This document shows positions 1 to 9,813 of a DNA stretch of 25,739 bases, one piece after another. The position numbers were made by a program, and so were the translations under genes. The notes under the pieces were generated by a model that saw only the letters and a list, made by a program, of their open reading frames with translations, was not told the DNA's origin and searched no databases. The stretch is from the IMG/VR virus record IMGVR_UViG_3300031655_000038, positions 1-25,739 of that record. One strand, written 5' to 3'. Position 1 is the stretch's first letter; each line of letters opens with the position of its first letter. This DNA comes from a virus (taxonomy: Duplodnaviria > Caudoviricetes).

Positions 1-419
1 TTGCCATTTCTATGTTAGCTCAAGCACTCAAAGACTCTGCTAAGACAGCTTTTGCAGATGATGAAGCTAAGGAGAGAAAGGAAGATTATCTTAATGATTG
101 GCAGAAGTTTTTGAGAGGTATATATGGTTCAGGTGCTATAGGTGTATTTGAACGGCCTATAGACTTCCTAATGCCAATATACGGTGCCAGATCTACAGCT
201 ACAGGTAATGCTTTGGGCAAAACCGGTATACCCTTTGTGAAAGGTATAGCAAATGCTGTTATAGGTGAAGCCCCAGGCCTATCCTATTTAGATAGTACAT
301 TCAAAGCTGCCCATAGTGTAGCTACCCAAGATGAAAATGCTCTACGTAACGTTATTAAAGTAACCCCCATGGTAGCACCATTCAAAGACTGGTGGGCACC
401 GTATAAGGAAGGAAATTAA
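1..419 (+). CDS. C-terminal part of a probable internal virion/ejection protein (likely 5'-truncated by the window)
   Basis: Frame is open from position 3, upstream of the ATG at 12. Gly/Ala-rich amphipathic C-terminus resembles podovirus internal proteins. AAGGAAGG near its end is the SD for the next gene. Function inferred from composition and context. Confidence 0.45.
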   Translation, partial: AISMLAQALKDSAKTAFADDEAKERKEDYLNDWQKFLRGIYGSGAIGVFERPIDFLMPIYGARSTATGNALGKTGIPFVKGIANAVIGEAPGLSYLDSTFKAAHSVATQDENALRNVIKVTPMVAPFKDWWAPYKEGN

Positions 420-421
420 CA

Positions 422-3400
422 ATGGCTAAGTCAGGTTATAATGCAAGTGCAGTAGCTCAGAGTCGTGCTGGGTATGCACCCACTGAATATGATAAGATGA
501 TGGGTTCAGTAGTACCTACTATGCCTTCTGAAAGGATTGCAGGGCAGATACCATTACCCTATGATGAGCAGCAAGCTGTACCAGTCACAGAAGGTCAGAT
601 GGCAGAGTATGAGCAGGCTGTCCCACCAAACGGTTGGGCACCTGTATCATATGGCCCTGAAGGTCCACCAGCTCCCGTTGCACAGCAAGCAGAAGTTCCA
701 ATACAAGCGGGTAGCAATGTAGTACCTATTATGCCGATGGAGCAACAGGTTGTAGCGAATCCTAATAACACCAACAATGTGGTATTACCTACAGATAAGA
801 TGACAGGTCGTAGGGGTTTAGATAACATCGAAACTACTGCACAACCTTTCCAACCTACTGCATTTGATCCTGATGAGGTCGTACGTGACCCTAATACAGG
901 CCTCGAGCTATCTGTAGAGGCTAAGAAGGCTTTATGGGATAAGGAGCAGAAGTTTCAACAGGAAAGAGTAGCAAATAGTAGTATGGATCTCACCGCTACA
1001 ACTAGAGAGGAAGTGAATGCGTCTATTAATAATAACCGTATGAATGGCCCTAAAGAACTTGGTGCTGTGTTTACACTGGGTGAGAACCTAGCTAATGCTT
1101 TACTCGCATTTACTGGTTTTTTCTCTACACCTGACAATGCTCCTGATATTTTTAAGGGTAAGGATGTAACACAGATATTAGCTCATCAATTTAATACAAC
1201 AGCCTTGAAAGTTGTTAACGCTGCAACAGAATCTGCAACTAAGGTGTTAGCAGCTATCGGTCAAGCTAAGTTGAGGGGTGCTATCAGGCAGGAGGTGATA
1301 GAAGGTGATTTCGATGTGGATGCCTTCTTTAGCGAGAGCGGAGAGAGTGAGAGTCTAATTAATGATGCCGATGGTACCATGGGTGTCGAAGTGGAAGCAA
1401 TGCACAGATGGTTAGCAGCATCTACTGACAGTATCATAAGAGGTTCCGACCAAACCCCAAGTCAGTCACAGGGTGTGGGTAAAGCTGGTTATATCTTAGC
1501 ACAAGGTTTAGAATCTGCTGGTTACATTATGAGAGATGATTACCAACCTTTAGATGTGAATACAGGTGAACCTAAAGGCCCTAGGATTAAAGCTTATCTT
1601 CTTACTGCCAAAGGTAAGGCTGCTGGTTCTTCTTTAATGAACTACACTACTCATAAAGGTATGAGGGGTGGTGCTTCTGCTATGTCAGGTAACACTACTG
1701 AACATATAGGGGCTTCACAATTAGTGGCAGGTAAAGGTGATAGTAGCAGGGCAGGACGTGATCAACCCGGTAATAAGGGTGTGAAAGTTATGCGTAAACT
1801 AGGTCGAATGATTAGTAATGCTATTAAAAGAGTAGATACTAATATGGTGGCCTTGTCAAGCACTATGCTAGCAGGGCTAAACACTACACCATCGGGGGAT
1901 GCTAACTCTTTCCTTAATCGTTTTCATGCTATGGCTCAGGATATACTTAACATAGACCAGAAGACAGTAATGGAGGCAGAAGAGTTTGGAGGTAAGGGAG
2001 TAGAAAGGAATATACCTATAAATGAATCAGCAAAAGCTAAGAAAGCTAGAAATGATATCTCTAATATCAGCCAATTACATGCACGTACCCCTTTACACAA
2101 GACCCCTAGTTTTGTAGACCCTTCTTCTTGGCGTAACTATGGTACTGTGTTTGACTCTAATGGTCAAGAGTCCATTACTCATCGTAATGTTGTTGTTGGT
2201 ATTGCACAGTCAGTAAATATAAAAGGTATGATGCCTGCCAAACTCAGTGATGGTAGTGAGTTGGTTACCAAATCACAGATGGATGCCTACAATAAATGGA
2301 TTAAAGGTGACTACCCAGCCAGCCCTACTGTTACTTATGTGGCCCATATGATAGCACTAGGTAATAGTTTAGTTCGTGGTTCTAGGGATTATAGCAATCA
2401 ACATACTCTGAATCAGATGAATGGTAACACACTACTAGAACACGCTAGAATAGGTCGTTCTATACAGAAGTTTATAGATATTAACGGTGAAGTGCAAGCT
2501 ACCCTTATTAAAAGTCCTGAGGAGCAAGGTAACCCTGCTGTAGAAATTAATATGGAAGGACTCACAGCTACGGAACAAGGTGATATCTTATCTGTTATGG
2601 AGAAGATAATATCTACTGGTAGTGAGAAGGAGTATGGAGCTATATTTAGGGGTTACATTGTTGCGGCTCAATATGCTGATGCTCATGCATCTGGTAAGAG
2701 TTCTATGTTTGTATCATTACCTACTGCGGCAGATATGAAGTCTGCGGGTCGATTATTCTCAGCTGTAGATATTATGGATGATGACACAGTATCCCGTGTG
2801 GGTATCGCTATGAATGCTGTAGCTGATGGAGCACCTGAGCATAGTGCCTTCCCATTAGGTAACCCTAGGCTGTTTTATACGCAGACATTAATAGAAGCTT
2901 TAAGAAGCCCTGATAATGGACCTAGTGGTTTCCCTAGAGGTAATGCGGATTTCACAGAATTCACAGCGCAACAATCAGCAGAAGTTGCAACATTACTTAG
3001 TGCTATGATGGACAAACAAGGCCCTACCTTTGCTGATATGACTGCTAAGTTGATACTTATGGTGGCTGACTATGGTAAGGCGGCAAGTCAGAATACTTTC
3101 GAGGTTAGTGTATTCTTAAGGAAGGCTGAAAAGAATGATCCTCAATTATTTGCTGAACTTCAGAATATATTTGAAGGGCAACCAGAAGGGGCTATAAATC
3201 AGTTCTTCGAGGAGGCTATGTGGAGTGCTACCACACAGATAGTTAATAGTAAGAATTCTGGTACTATAAAAAGAATGGCTGAAGCAATGGCTTTACTTAA
3301 CGTACAACCTTACTACATAGGTATCGGTGGTATGCGTGTACGTATTGGTAGAGGCATACAAGAGGTTATGCCGGGTTATACTTTCACCTTACAAACCCTA

Positions 3401-4306
3401 CATGGGTTAGAGGTTACTAATCTACAGACACAGTATAATGTAGATGATCCACTTCAGAAATCACCAGCTAGAATGTTGGAGGATGGAAGAACTTGGTATA
3501 CACCTGGGGTTGCTTCTGCGGCAGTTAACGCTACAGCACCTGCAATAGGCCACTCAAGAGAATCAGCAGCAATGGCATTAGCCTTATCAATGGTTGTAGA
3601 TAGACTTGGTGAGGGTATATTTATAGATCAGGTGTATGACTCTGTGACGTTAGAGCCGGAAGCCGCTGCATTATATAATCATTATCTTAATGAGATAGCC
3701 TTGTTTGAAGTATTAGCTGTTAACGATGCACACCAACTATCTCTAGCTTTTTGGGAAACCATGAAGACTGAGATAAATGGTAAGCCTGCTGATAAAGCAA
3801 CAGGTGAGCCAGCTATAAAAGGGATATTGCATAGAGATACAGTGACAGTTGGTCCTAGTGGAGAATTCTCTGGTTGGACTACTAAGCTAGATGAGGAATG
3901 GGCAGCGTTAACCACACCTCATGATAAGAAGCTAATTAAGAGTCAGAAGTTCTTAAACAATATAAAAAGTGCAGAAGGTAATCTAATAAGGAAATTACAT
4001 GCGGCTCAAGAGGCAGGCTTATGGAATCCCCCGGGCGACCGAGATATAACCCATACAGCGTATAGTAATAAGAAAGGTGTACCTGACAAAACCTATACCT
4101 TCACACCCAGAACCCCTAACTTGGATATATGGCTAGTGGATGGTAGAAAGTTTGGTACATGGTTATCTCTGCATGTAGTTAAAGATCTTAAGAAGAAAGG
4201 AGAAGAGTTGTGGTCCCCTAGCGACAGTAAGCGTCGTATAGAGTTCATAAAGCGTATGATGGCTGTCCAGAATAAGGCATTCCAATCACAAGGATTAGAT
4301 TTTTAA
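422..4306 (+). CDS. Large protein with a divergent T7/N4-type single-subunit RNA polymerase domain; putative virion-packaged RNAP
   Basis: Collinear motifs: FVDPSSWRNY..SNGQES (DxxGR-like, D566), LPTAADMKSAG (motif A, D771), TAKLILMVADYG (motif B, K876-x7-Y884G), TAPAIGHSRES (APNxxHSxD-like), QVYDSV (motif C, D1073). The N-terminal ~200 aa are Pro/Gln-rich. Confidence 0.75.
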   Translation: MAKSGYNASAVAQSRAGYAPTEYDKMMGSVVPTMPSERIAGQIPLPYDEQQAVPVTEGQMAEYEQAVPPNGWAPVSYGPEGPPAPVAQQAEVPIQAGSNVVPIMPMEQQVVANPNNTNNVVLPTDKMTGRRGLDNIETTAQPFQPTAFDPDEVVRDPNTGLELSVEAKKALWDKEQKFQQERVANSSMDLTATTREEVNASINNNRMNGPKELGAVFTLGENLANALLAFTGFFSTPDNAPDIFKGKDVTQILAHQFNTTALKVVNAATESATKVLAAIGQAKLRGAIRQEVIEGDFDVDAFFSESGESESLINDADGTMGVEVEAMHRWLAASTDSIIRGSDQTPSQSQGVGKAGYILAQGLESAGYIMRDDYQPLDVNTGEPKGPRIKAYLLTAKGKAAGSSLMNYTTHKGMRGGASAMSGNTTEHIGASQLVAGKGDSSRAGRDQPGNKGVKVMRKLGRMISNAIKRVDTNMVALSSTMLAGLNTTPSGDANSFLNRFHAMAQDILNIDQKTVMEAEEFGGKGVERNIPINESAKAKKARNDISNISQLHARTPLHKTPSFVDPSSWRNYGTVFDSNGQESITHRNVVVGIAQSVNIKGMMPAKLSDGSELVTKSQMDAYNKWIKGDYPASPTVTYVAHMIALGNSLVRGSRDYSNQHTLNQMNGNTLLEHARIGRSIQKFIDINGEVQATLIKSPEEQGNPAVEINMEGLTATEQGDILSVMEKIISTGSEKEYGAIFRGYIVAAQYADAHASGKSSMFVSLPTAADMKSAGRLFSAVDIMDDDTVSRVGIAMNAVADGAPEHSAFPLGNPRLFYTQTLIEALRSPDNGPSGFPRGNADFTEFTAQQSAEVATLLSAMMDKQGPTFADMTAKLILMVADYGKAASQNTFEVSVFLRKAEKNDPQLFAELQNIFEGQPEGAINQFFEEAMWSATTQIVNSKNSGTIKRMAEAMALLNVQPYYIGIGGMRVRIGRGIQEVMPGYTFTLQTLHGLEVTNLQTQYNVDDPLQKSPARMLEDGRTWYTPGVASAAVNATAPAIGHSRESAAMALALSMVVDRLGEGIFIDQVYDSVTLEPEAAALYNHYLNEIALFEVLAVNDAHQLSLAFWETMKTEINGKPADKATGEPAIKGILHRDTVTVGPSGEFSGWTTKLDEEWAALTTPHDKKLIKSQKFLNNIKSAEGNLIRKLHAAQEAGLWNPPGDRDITHTAYSNKKGVPDKTYTFTPRTPNLDIWLVDGRKFGTWLSLHVVKDLKKKGEELWSPSDSKRRIEFIKRMMAVQNKAFQSQGLDF

Positions 4307-4327
4307 TTAAGTAATATCGATGTAAAT

Positions 4328-4385
4328 AAAAAACCCCCACAGGATATCTAAGAATTAACTTAGGTATCTTGTGGGGGATTTTTTT
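4328..4385. terminator. Bidirectional intrinsic terminator between the convergent arms
   Basis: 19-bp stem CCCCCACAGGATATCTAAG / CTTAGGTATCTTGTGGGGG (4334-4377, two G-U pairs on +), A-run on the left and T-run on the right, between convergent stop codons. Confidence 0.9.
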
Positions 4386-4659
4386 ATTTCTTGTTCAGTA
4401 ACTCTGTGTAGCCTTTTCTAGCGGTAGCATAGTCTCGATTAGCGGTTATACTAGCCTCACTAGGTGCCATGCCAGTCTTAAGGTAACCTTCTTCGTTAGT
4501 CTTACGATAATGTTTCATGACAAACTCAGGGCCTTCCTTAGTGTACAGCAGACTATCAGGTATAAACACCTCTACTTCTGCCATATCAGCTTGCCACTCC
4601 TTGTCATCATAGTCGTAACCCCTAAGGGCACTCTTGTTGTAACTCTTTTGTTCAGCCAT
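4384..4659 (-). CDS. Hypothetical protein (paralog of 4756-4977)
   Basis: 91-aa ORF with AGGGAG SD and TAATG coupling; shares YN..LRG..DDK..P..L.Y with its neighbour. Confidence 0.8.
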   Translation of the reverse strand: MAEQKSYNKSALRGYDYDDKEWQADMAEVEVFIPDSLLYTKEGPEFVMKHYRKTNEEGYLKTGMAPSEASITANRDYATARKGYTELLNKK

Positions 4660-4754
4660 TAGTAAAGCTCCCTTTTGCTATCAAATATACCATATACAGT
4701 GCTAACTATCAGTATCGGTAACCATACAGCTACTAAAACCATTACGATAACCAT
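4659..4754 (-). CDS. 31-aa single-TM membrane peptide (not in ORF track)
   Basis: GGAGG SD, MVIVMVLVAVWLPILIVSTVYGIFDSKRELY*, stop overlaps the next start (TAATG). Confidence 0.7.
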   Translation of the reverse strand: MVIVMVLVAVWLPILIVSTVYGIFDSKRELY

Positions 4755-4755
4755 A

Positions 4756-4977
4756 TTAAACCTCCATCCTCCAACTATTAAGTAAACCTTGGTCTGCAAG
4801 CAACAGTTGGATATGCTTCAGGGCTTTAATGGGGTTTTCATGTGTAGATATATACACACTATTAATTTCTCTGTCATACATTAATGCCGGGGGTAACCCT
4901 TCCTTTGCACAGTATGCTTTATCATCTATATTCGTAAACCCACGAAGATAGAGATGATTATAATTTTGTTTAATCAT
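4756..4977 (-). CDS. Hypothetical protein (paralog of 4384-4659)
   Basis: Start moved to ATG 4977 (MIKQ...), which follows AGGAGG. Confidence 0.8.
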   Translation of the reverse strand: MIKQNYNHLYLRGFTNIDDKAYCAKEGLPPALMYDREINSVYISTHENPIKALKHIQLLLADQGLLNSWRMEV

Positions 4978-4985
4978 AACACCTC

Positions 4986-7397
4986 CTAACAAAAGAAGTA
5001 ATCAGAGTGTAACACTTCTGATACGTCTAGTGTACCTTCTACAGGTAATTTAATGTTGCCCATATCTGATTTAGATAAGACATTGTCTCTGATATGTTCG
5101 AACTGACCTTTGGGTCCATACATATCTACGAATACTTCTTTAATAATAGTTGATAGTTCTTCTACATCACAAGCATGGGTAGCAAATGAATCATGTACCG
5201 GGGCTATCTCTCCGCTAAACTTATCTACTACTAACGCCATATGAGATGCGTCTTGTGAGTGTATATAGTTAGGAGCTATACCCGACGCATAACCTTGTTT
5301 GTCAGGTATTGTGGTCTCCACAGCTAATACATGCTTAAGTCTATTACGTGAGCTTATTCCCTTTAATACAGAGTCTATTTTCCATTCCTTCATAAGGTAG
5401 GCTCTATACTTCACAGGGAATCCAGAGGGGGATACCCAACTTAACTCCTTAGCACCATTACCTTTGGCAATGTAACTAGATATCATGTTGAACTTCTGGC
5501 TTAGCTTGTCTAACTCGATTATGTCTTCATTAGACTTTAATTTCTTACGTTGAATAACTTTCTTAGCAGCTATCAACTTACTTCTATCATGTTTACTAAC
5601 AGATTCACCTGTTAATTTGTGTAAATAACCTGTCTCACCTAACTCATAAGCAGCTAGTTGTTGGAGGAAAGTTTTGACCGTATCCGCACTAGGGCATACT
5701 GAATTAATAGCTTGTATAACAGACCTACTGAGTAGAGTACAATCAAACATATCAATGCTGTATTGATTAGTGAAACCTTCGGTGTAGCAGTCTTCATACA
5801 TATTATCCGCTATACGTGAGGTCCCAGCAGCATACTGTCGTACCATAGTGGCACGTTTAGTAATACCTTTTCTTATGTGCTTCATAGGTATCTTACGTGG
5901 GGTGAACCAATCGGGTAAGCTATCTACTAACACCTTAGCCACCTTGATATACAGATCACAAGGTACATCTGTCTTAGTAAGCCCTACCATAGCACCTGTT
6001 ATTGGGTCTTTACTCATTGCAGCGCTGTGTTGAATACCATTGCACATACCATCAATGGGTATGGGGAGGTGCGATATAACTTCTTCCCCTTCTTCACAGG
6101 AATTCCATGCTAACCACTCACAGGCACATGCAAAGAATACTATAGGCTTTTCACAGTCAATAAATTGGCCTTCAATAGCAGTAGCTAGTACCATATCATA
6201 GTTTTGTTCTAACCACCTAACCCTATCATCAAGGTTCATCTTATCTACAGAGATAGATTCTAACCCTTCCTTCTTTAATAGTGCTTTATAATCATATTCA
6301 CACCAAGAAGGGATAGATTCTATTGCATACGATTCATTAAAGCTATTAGCCGTGTGTATAGCCAACCAAGTGACACCTTTAGGGGTCAGGGGCTTTCCTT
6401 TTCCGAATTGTAGCAAACCTCTTGCTAGATCACCTCCTTGATAATTCAGGAACTGCTCTCGGATATAGTATCTTCCTCGATAGTCAACATCAACTAGCTG
6501 GAAGAAAGGCTTACCATATCCTTTAAGGGTGCTAGCCTTCTCTTTAATGATTTGAAATTCATAGTTTTTACTACGGGCTTTAAGTACTTTCTTTTTCTTA
6601 TTCCATAAATCTACTTCAGTAGCGTAGCAATTCTTAGTTTCCTGGGTTTCTTTTTTCTTTAGCGCTGTATAAGCTTTACGTACGGCTAACATAGAACCCG
6701 CTTCAGGTAAGGCTGTTTCCTTATGTAGAAAGTAACCTGTGTTACTCATCATAGCCTCATAAACACTTTCGTTGATAGACCACTTCATTTTATTTAGGGA
6801 GTTAAGCGATCTAAGCCAAGGTTCATCGATGTATTGTGGGAACTCACGTTCATCTTGAACACCCCATCGTTTAATTGCGGGGTAACCTAGGGTGTTTAGC
6901 TCAGTGATGCTCTCAGGCTTATGTAGAACAGTGTTGGGTAATAGCGCATCCCTAACAGAGTTGGGTACGTCACTAATAAAGCCCCATAGAGGACCCGGAG
7001 TGACCACGTAGGGGGCTGTGATAGCTCTGTCGGAAAATCCTTCTTCTCTAAATGTAGATATACAATCTTTAGCTTTGAATGCTTCTACAAACAGATCACC
7101 AAGGCGTATGGCTTTATCTTTAGGTAGTGGGGTGCCACCCATATAGGCACTTAGGGTTTCCCCGATAGATACAGATACCGAGGTTAGCTTAGCCATACCT
7201 GCTATGTCTCCATTGGCATCTCGTGAGAACTTTAATTGCATTTTCTCAGATGCTAGGTATACCATAGTAGGTAGCTTGAGCTTATAGTCAGGGTAAAAGG
7301 CTAATACTATGCACCCGGTATTGCCTCTAGGGCTGTTGGTGTTAGCTTTTTCAATACGTTCAATCAGATATTCAGCTATTTGTTCGATTAAATTCAT
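4986..7397 (-). CDS. T7-like single-subunit DNA-directed RNA polymerase
   Basis: DYRGRYY, NYQGGDLARGLL, motif A PIDGMCNGIQH, motif B RKGITKRATMVRQY, GIAPNYIHSQDASH, motif C VHDSF, C-terminal SDYFFC. Confidence 0.97.
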   Translation of the reverse strand: MNLIEQIAEYLIERIEKANTNSPRGNTGCIVLAFYPDYKLKLPTMVYLASEKMQLKFSRDANGDIAGMAKLTSVSVSIGETLSAYMGGTPLPKDKAIRLGDLFVEAFKAKDCISTFREEGFSDRAITAPYVVTPGPLWGFISDVPNSVRDALLPNTVLHKPESITELNTLGYPAIKRWGVQDEREFPQYIDEPWLRSLNSLNKMKWSINESVYEAMMSNTGYFLHKETALPEAGSMLAVRKAYTALKKKETQETKNCYATEVDLWNKKKKVLKARSKNYEFQIIKEKASTLKGYGKPFFQLVDVDYRGRYYIREQFLNYQGGDLARGLLQFGKGKPLTPKGVTWLAIHTANSFNESYAIESIPSWCEYDYKALLKKEGLESISVDKMNLDDRVRWLEQNYDMVLATAIEGQFIDCEKPIVFFACACEWLAWNSCEEGEEVISHLPIPIDGMCNGIQHSAAMSKDPITGAMVGLTKTDVPCDLYIKVAKVLVDSLPDWFTPRKIPMKHIRKGITKRATMVRQYAAGTSRIADNMYEDCYTEGFTNQYSIDMFDCTLLSRSVIQAINSVCPSADTVKTFLQQLAAYELGETGYLHKLTGESVSKHDRSKLIAAKKVIQRKKLKSNEDIIELDKLSQKFNMISSYIAKGNGAKELSWVSPSGFPVKYRAYLMKEWKIDSVLKGISSRNRLKHVLAVETTIPDKQGYASGIAPNYIHSQDASHMALVVDKFSGEIAPVHDSFATHACDVEELSTIIKEVFVDMYGPKGQFEHIRDNVLSKSDMGNIKLPVEGTLDVSEVLHSDYFFC

Positions 7398-7412
7398 CGC
7401 TACGCTGCTCCC

Positions 7413-7703
7413 TTAGAATGATTTTAGATATTTAAATACTTCAGTTCCTTCGCCATAAGCTATTGCTAACTTAGGCTTTGACAGTATTGCTGCTAGTACA
7501 TCCTCCTTGGGTATCTTAGTTGATTTTATAAGAGGTATTATATCTATATCCTCTAGTTTTTGCTCGGTATGGGTACCAAATGCTGTTAATTTATACGATA
7601 ATTCGTACAATAAACTATCTAGAGGTGATATTAACAACCCCATATCGTCTACTACACAACTTTCATATCGTAATGGTTGCTCAAGTTCTGGTGAGTCTAT
7701 CAT
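7413..7703 (-). CDS. Hypothetical protein
   Basis: 96-aa ORF with AGGGAG SD, coupled to the upstream peptide. Confidence 0.75.
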   Translation of the reverse strand: MIDSPELEQPLRYESCVVDDMGLLISPLDSLLYELSYKLTAFGTHTEQKLEDIDIIPLIKSTKIPKEDVLAAILSKPKLAIAYGEGTEVFKYLKSF

Positions 7704-7789
7704 TAATATATCTCCCTATCGATATCTATCATTCCAAATGCAACACTAAACACCATTACAACTACCCAAATACCTAATAAAATAACCAT
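7703..7789 (-). CDS. 28-aa single-TM membrane peptide (not in ORF track)
   Basis: MVILLGIWVVVMVFSVAFGMIDIDREIY*; TAATG overlaps at both ends and it fills the gap exactly. Confidence 0.7.
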   Translation of the reverse strand: MVILLGIWVVVMVFSVAFGMIDIDREIY

Positions 7790-9420
7790 TAGAAGTCCTC
7801 CTTTACTGTGTTAATGCTTGTTAATCTACCTGTATCAATGTCATATGATGCGGCACCTGCACTACCTGTTACTCCTGAGAATCTATTCTTAAGAACAGAG
7901 AAGTTTACTGTACTACGCTTGATTGGGTCATCAGATGTTAAGTCTCTAGAGAATCCTATGATATCAAAGGATACTTGTTTAACACTACCTGAACCTTTAA
8001 TATCATCTAATGAAGGCATTTTACCTTCTTCAAAAGACTTACCTTGTAGACCTGTTTTACGTAGGTGACTGATTAAGCCTATCCACACTTGATGCTTGTT
8101 ACAGATACGTAACAGTTCATTCATCATTCTATCGGTGGCTTCGTTACCTGTTAATTTCTCTACGCCTTCACTTACAGCTATAGTTAAATGATCAAGTATA
8201 AGATACTTACAACCCATCAGAGCTAGGTATTCAATCTTATCTACTAGACTACCATCAGATACAGCGCCTTGGTGATCTAGAAGAATTAAGCGCCCATCAC
8301 TAAACACTTCATCAAACGCTTTTCTTTCTTCTTCTTCTGTAGTATCACCTGTAGACATATCTTTCATAAGTTGCATACCTATGAATTTACCAGCAGTATA
8401 GCCGACAGATTCTTCTAGAGATATCATACCAACTTTCTCTTGGGTGGTACTAAGAATGTGTAGTACAGTTTCTTTGATGATGCTACTTTTGCCTATGGAA
8501 GTACCTGAAGTAAACAGGGTTATCTCACCTTGCCTAATACCTTTAAGCTTTTCTTGTACAACAGATAAGCATGGTGGATAGGGTATGGTGGGGATTTCCT
8601 TCTTGTCACGATAGGCTTCCCATATAGATTCACCTGACATTATACCAGCAGGGTTATAAGGCTGTGCATTCCAGATAGCTCTATTGACTTCCATGAAGCC
8701 ATGCTTAGTGTACTCATCTGATGCATCTTTTTCTTTACCTTTAACTATCTTAACCTTGTCGTAGCCACATATTTTAGCTAGCTTTAATATAGCTTCTTCA
8801 CCTGCTTTATCAGCATCCATCCACAAGCATATTTCACCGAAAGATCTTAGCCATTCTCGTTGTGCTAGAGGTGCTTTCATATTGCTTGCTGATGCTAAAG
8901 AGACTACAGGGTATATGGGTCCTTTCTGTTCATAAGATTCAGCTATGGCGAGAGTGTCTTCTTCCCCCTCTGTTATTACTAGTCTTTTTCCTCCTCCTGC
9001 GAAGTTCTGTTGACCGAATAACTGATCTCCCATATCACCTTGGAATCTAAAGGTTTTAGGCATTGTTCTTACTTTGCTACCTAGCTCTTCTTGATCTTTG
9101 TGGTAGGGATAGTAGACAGTATCTACTTGACCATTAGAATCATAGGAGCTTCTAACTCCAAACATCTCGGCTACCTTCTTACCTATCTTTCGTTTAGCAG
9201 CAGTACCATAGGGTAACCCACTCACTGGTATTACTGCATCTGCTTCTATTTGCACATAGGACTCCTTAGGCTTTTCACCTTCTTCATAGTTGTAATAATT
9301 TGTAGAGCAGCTAAAGCAATAACCTGATAGACGATCATCGTCTTCTAGGTATACTGCAACTGCATCTGAACTGTCACATTTGGCACAACTACTGTGCCTT
9401 TGGAATAGACCACTTCCCAT
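7789..9420 (-). CDS. T7 gp4-like DNA primase/helicase
   Basis: N-terminal Zn finger (CAKC...YCFSC), TOPRIM (ITEGEED, MDADKAG), Walker A GTSIGKS, ILDHL, SHLRK, DIKGSGSVKQ, KNRFSG, acidic-Phe tail. Confidence 0.97.
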   Translation of the reverse strand: MGSGLFQRHSSCAKCDSSDAVAVYLEDDDRLSGYCFSCSTNYYNYEEGEKPKESYVQIEADAVIPVSGLPYGTAAKRKIGKKVAEMFGVRSSYDSNGQVDTVYYPYHKDQEELGSKVRTMPKTFRFQGDMGDQLFGQQNFAGGGKRLVITEGEEDTLAIAESYEQKGPIYPVVSLASASNMKAPLAQREWLRSFGEICLWMDADKAGEEAILKLAKICGYDKVKIVKGKEKDASDEYTKHGFMEVNRAIWNAQPYNPAGIMSGESIWEAYRDKKEIPTIPYPPCLSVVQEKLKGIRQGEITLFTSGTSIGKSSIIKETVLHILSTTQEKVGMISLEESVGYTAGKFIGMQLMKDMSTGDTTEEEERKAFDEVFSDGRLILLDHQGAVSDGSLVDKIEYLALMGCKYLILDHLTIAVSEGVEKLTGNEATDRMMNELLRICNKHQVWIGLISHLRKTGLQGKSFEEGKMPSLDDIKGSGSVKQVSFDIIGFSRDLTSDDPIKRSTVNFSVLKNRFSGVTGSAGAASYDIDTGRLTSINTVKEDF

Positions 9421-9423
9421 AAC

Positions 9424-9813
9424 TTACTCCTTGTTTTCTTGTATTTCTGTTAGTGTAAAACTAAGATACTCTCGGCCTCTCCCTACTATAACTTTAGTAG
9501 CTGCGATCTTCATGATCTGTTTATCATCGAAGCCGAACCATCTTTGTAATACATCTAGCAGTGTTTTAATGGGGTTATCTACATCACTTAATGACGTAGC
9601 GAATCCCCACTGAATGTCAAGCTTGAATCGCATTTCTGCAACGTTACGATTCGGAGGTATTTCATAACCAAATAACTCCAACGCCATTAACTCTTCGAAC
9701 TTCCTATACTTGGCGCTTTTCTTGCGCTTCAAAGTATAAGCAGCGTTAATCGATAAGGGTTTTACGGGGCATAGCATATGCAGTTCCCATAATTCCTTAC
9801 TGTAGTTAGGCAT
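9424..9813 (-). CDS. RusA-like Holliday junction resolvase/endonuclease
   Basis: PLSINAAY near the N-terminus and DVDNPIKTLLD...DDKQI, the RusA catalytic pattern. Confidence 0.85.
   Translation of the reverse strand: MPNYSKELWELHMLCPVKPLSINAAYTLKRKKSAKYRKFEELMALELFGYEIPPNRNVAEMRFKLDIQWGFATSLSDVDNPIKTLLDVLQRWFGFDDKQIMKIAATKVIVGRGREYLSFTLTEIQENKE

Noticed and set aside
537-3915. Short ORFs inside the 1294-aa gene (537-722, 595-828, 955-1137, 3682-3915)
   Set aside because: Shadow or alternate-frame ORFs with no recognisable motifs.
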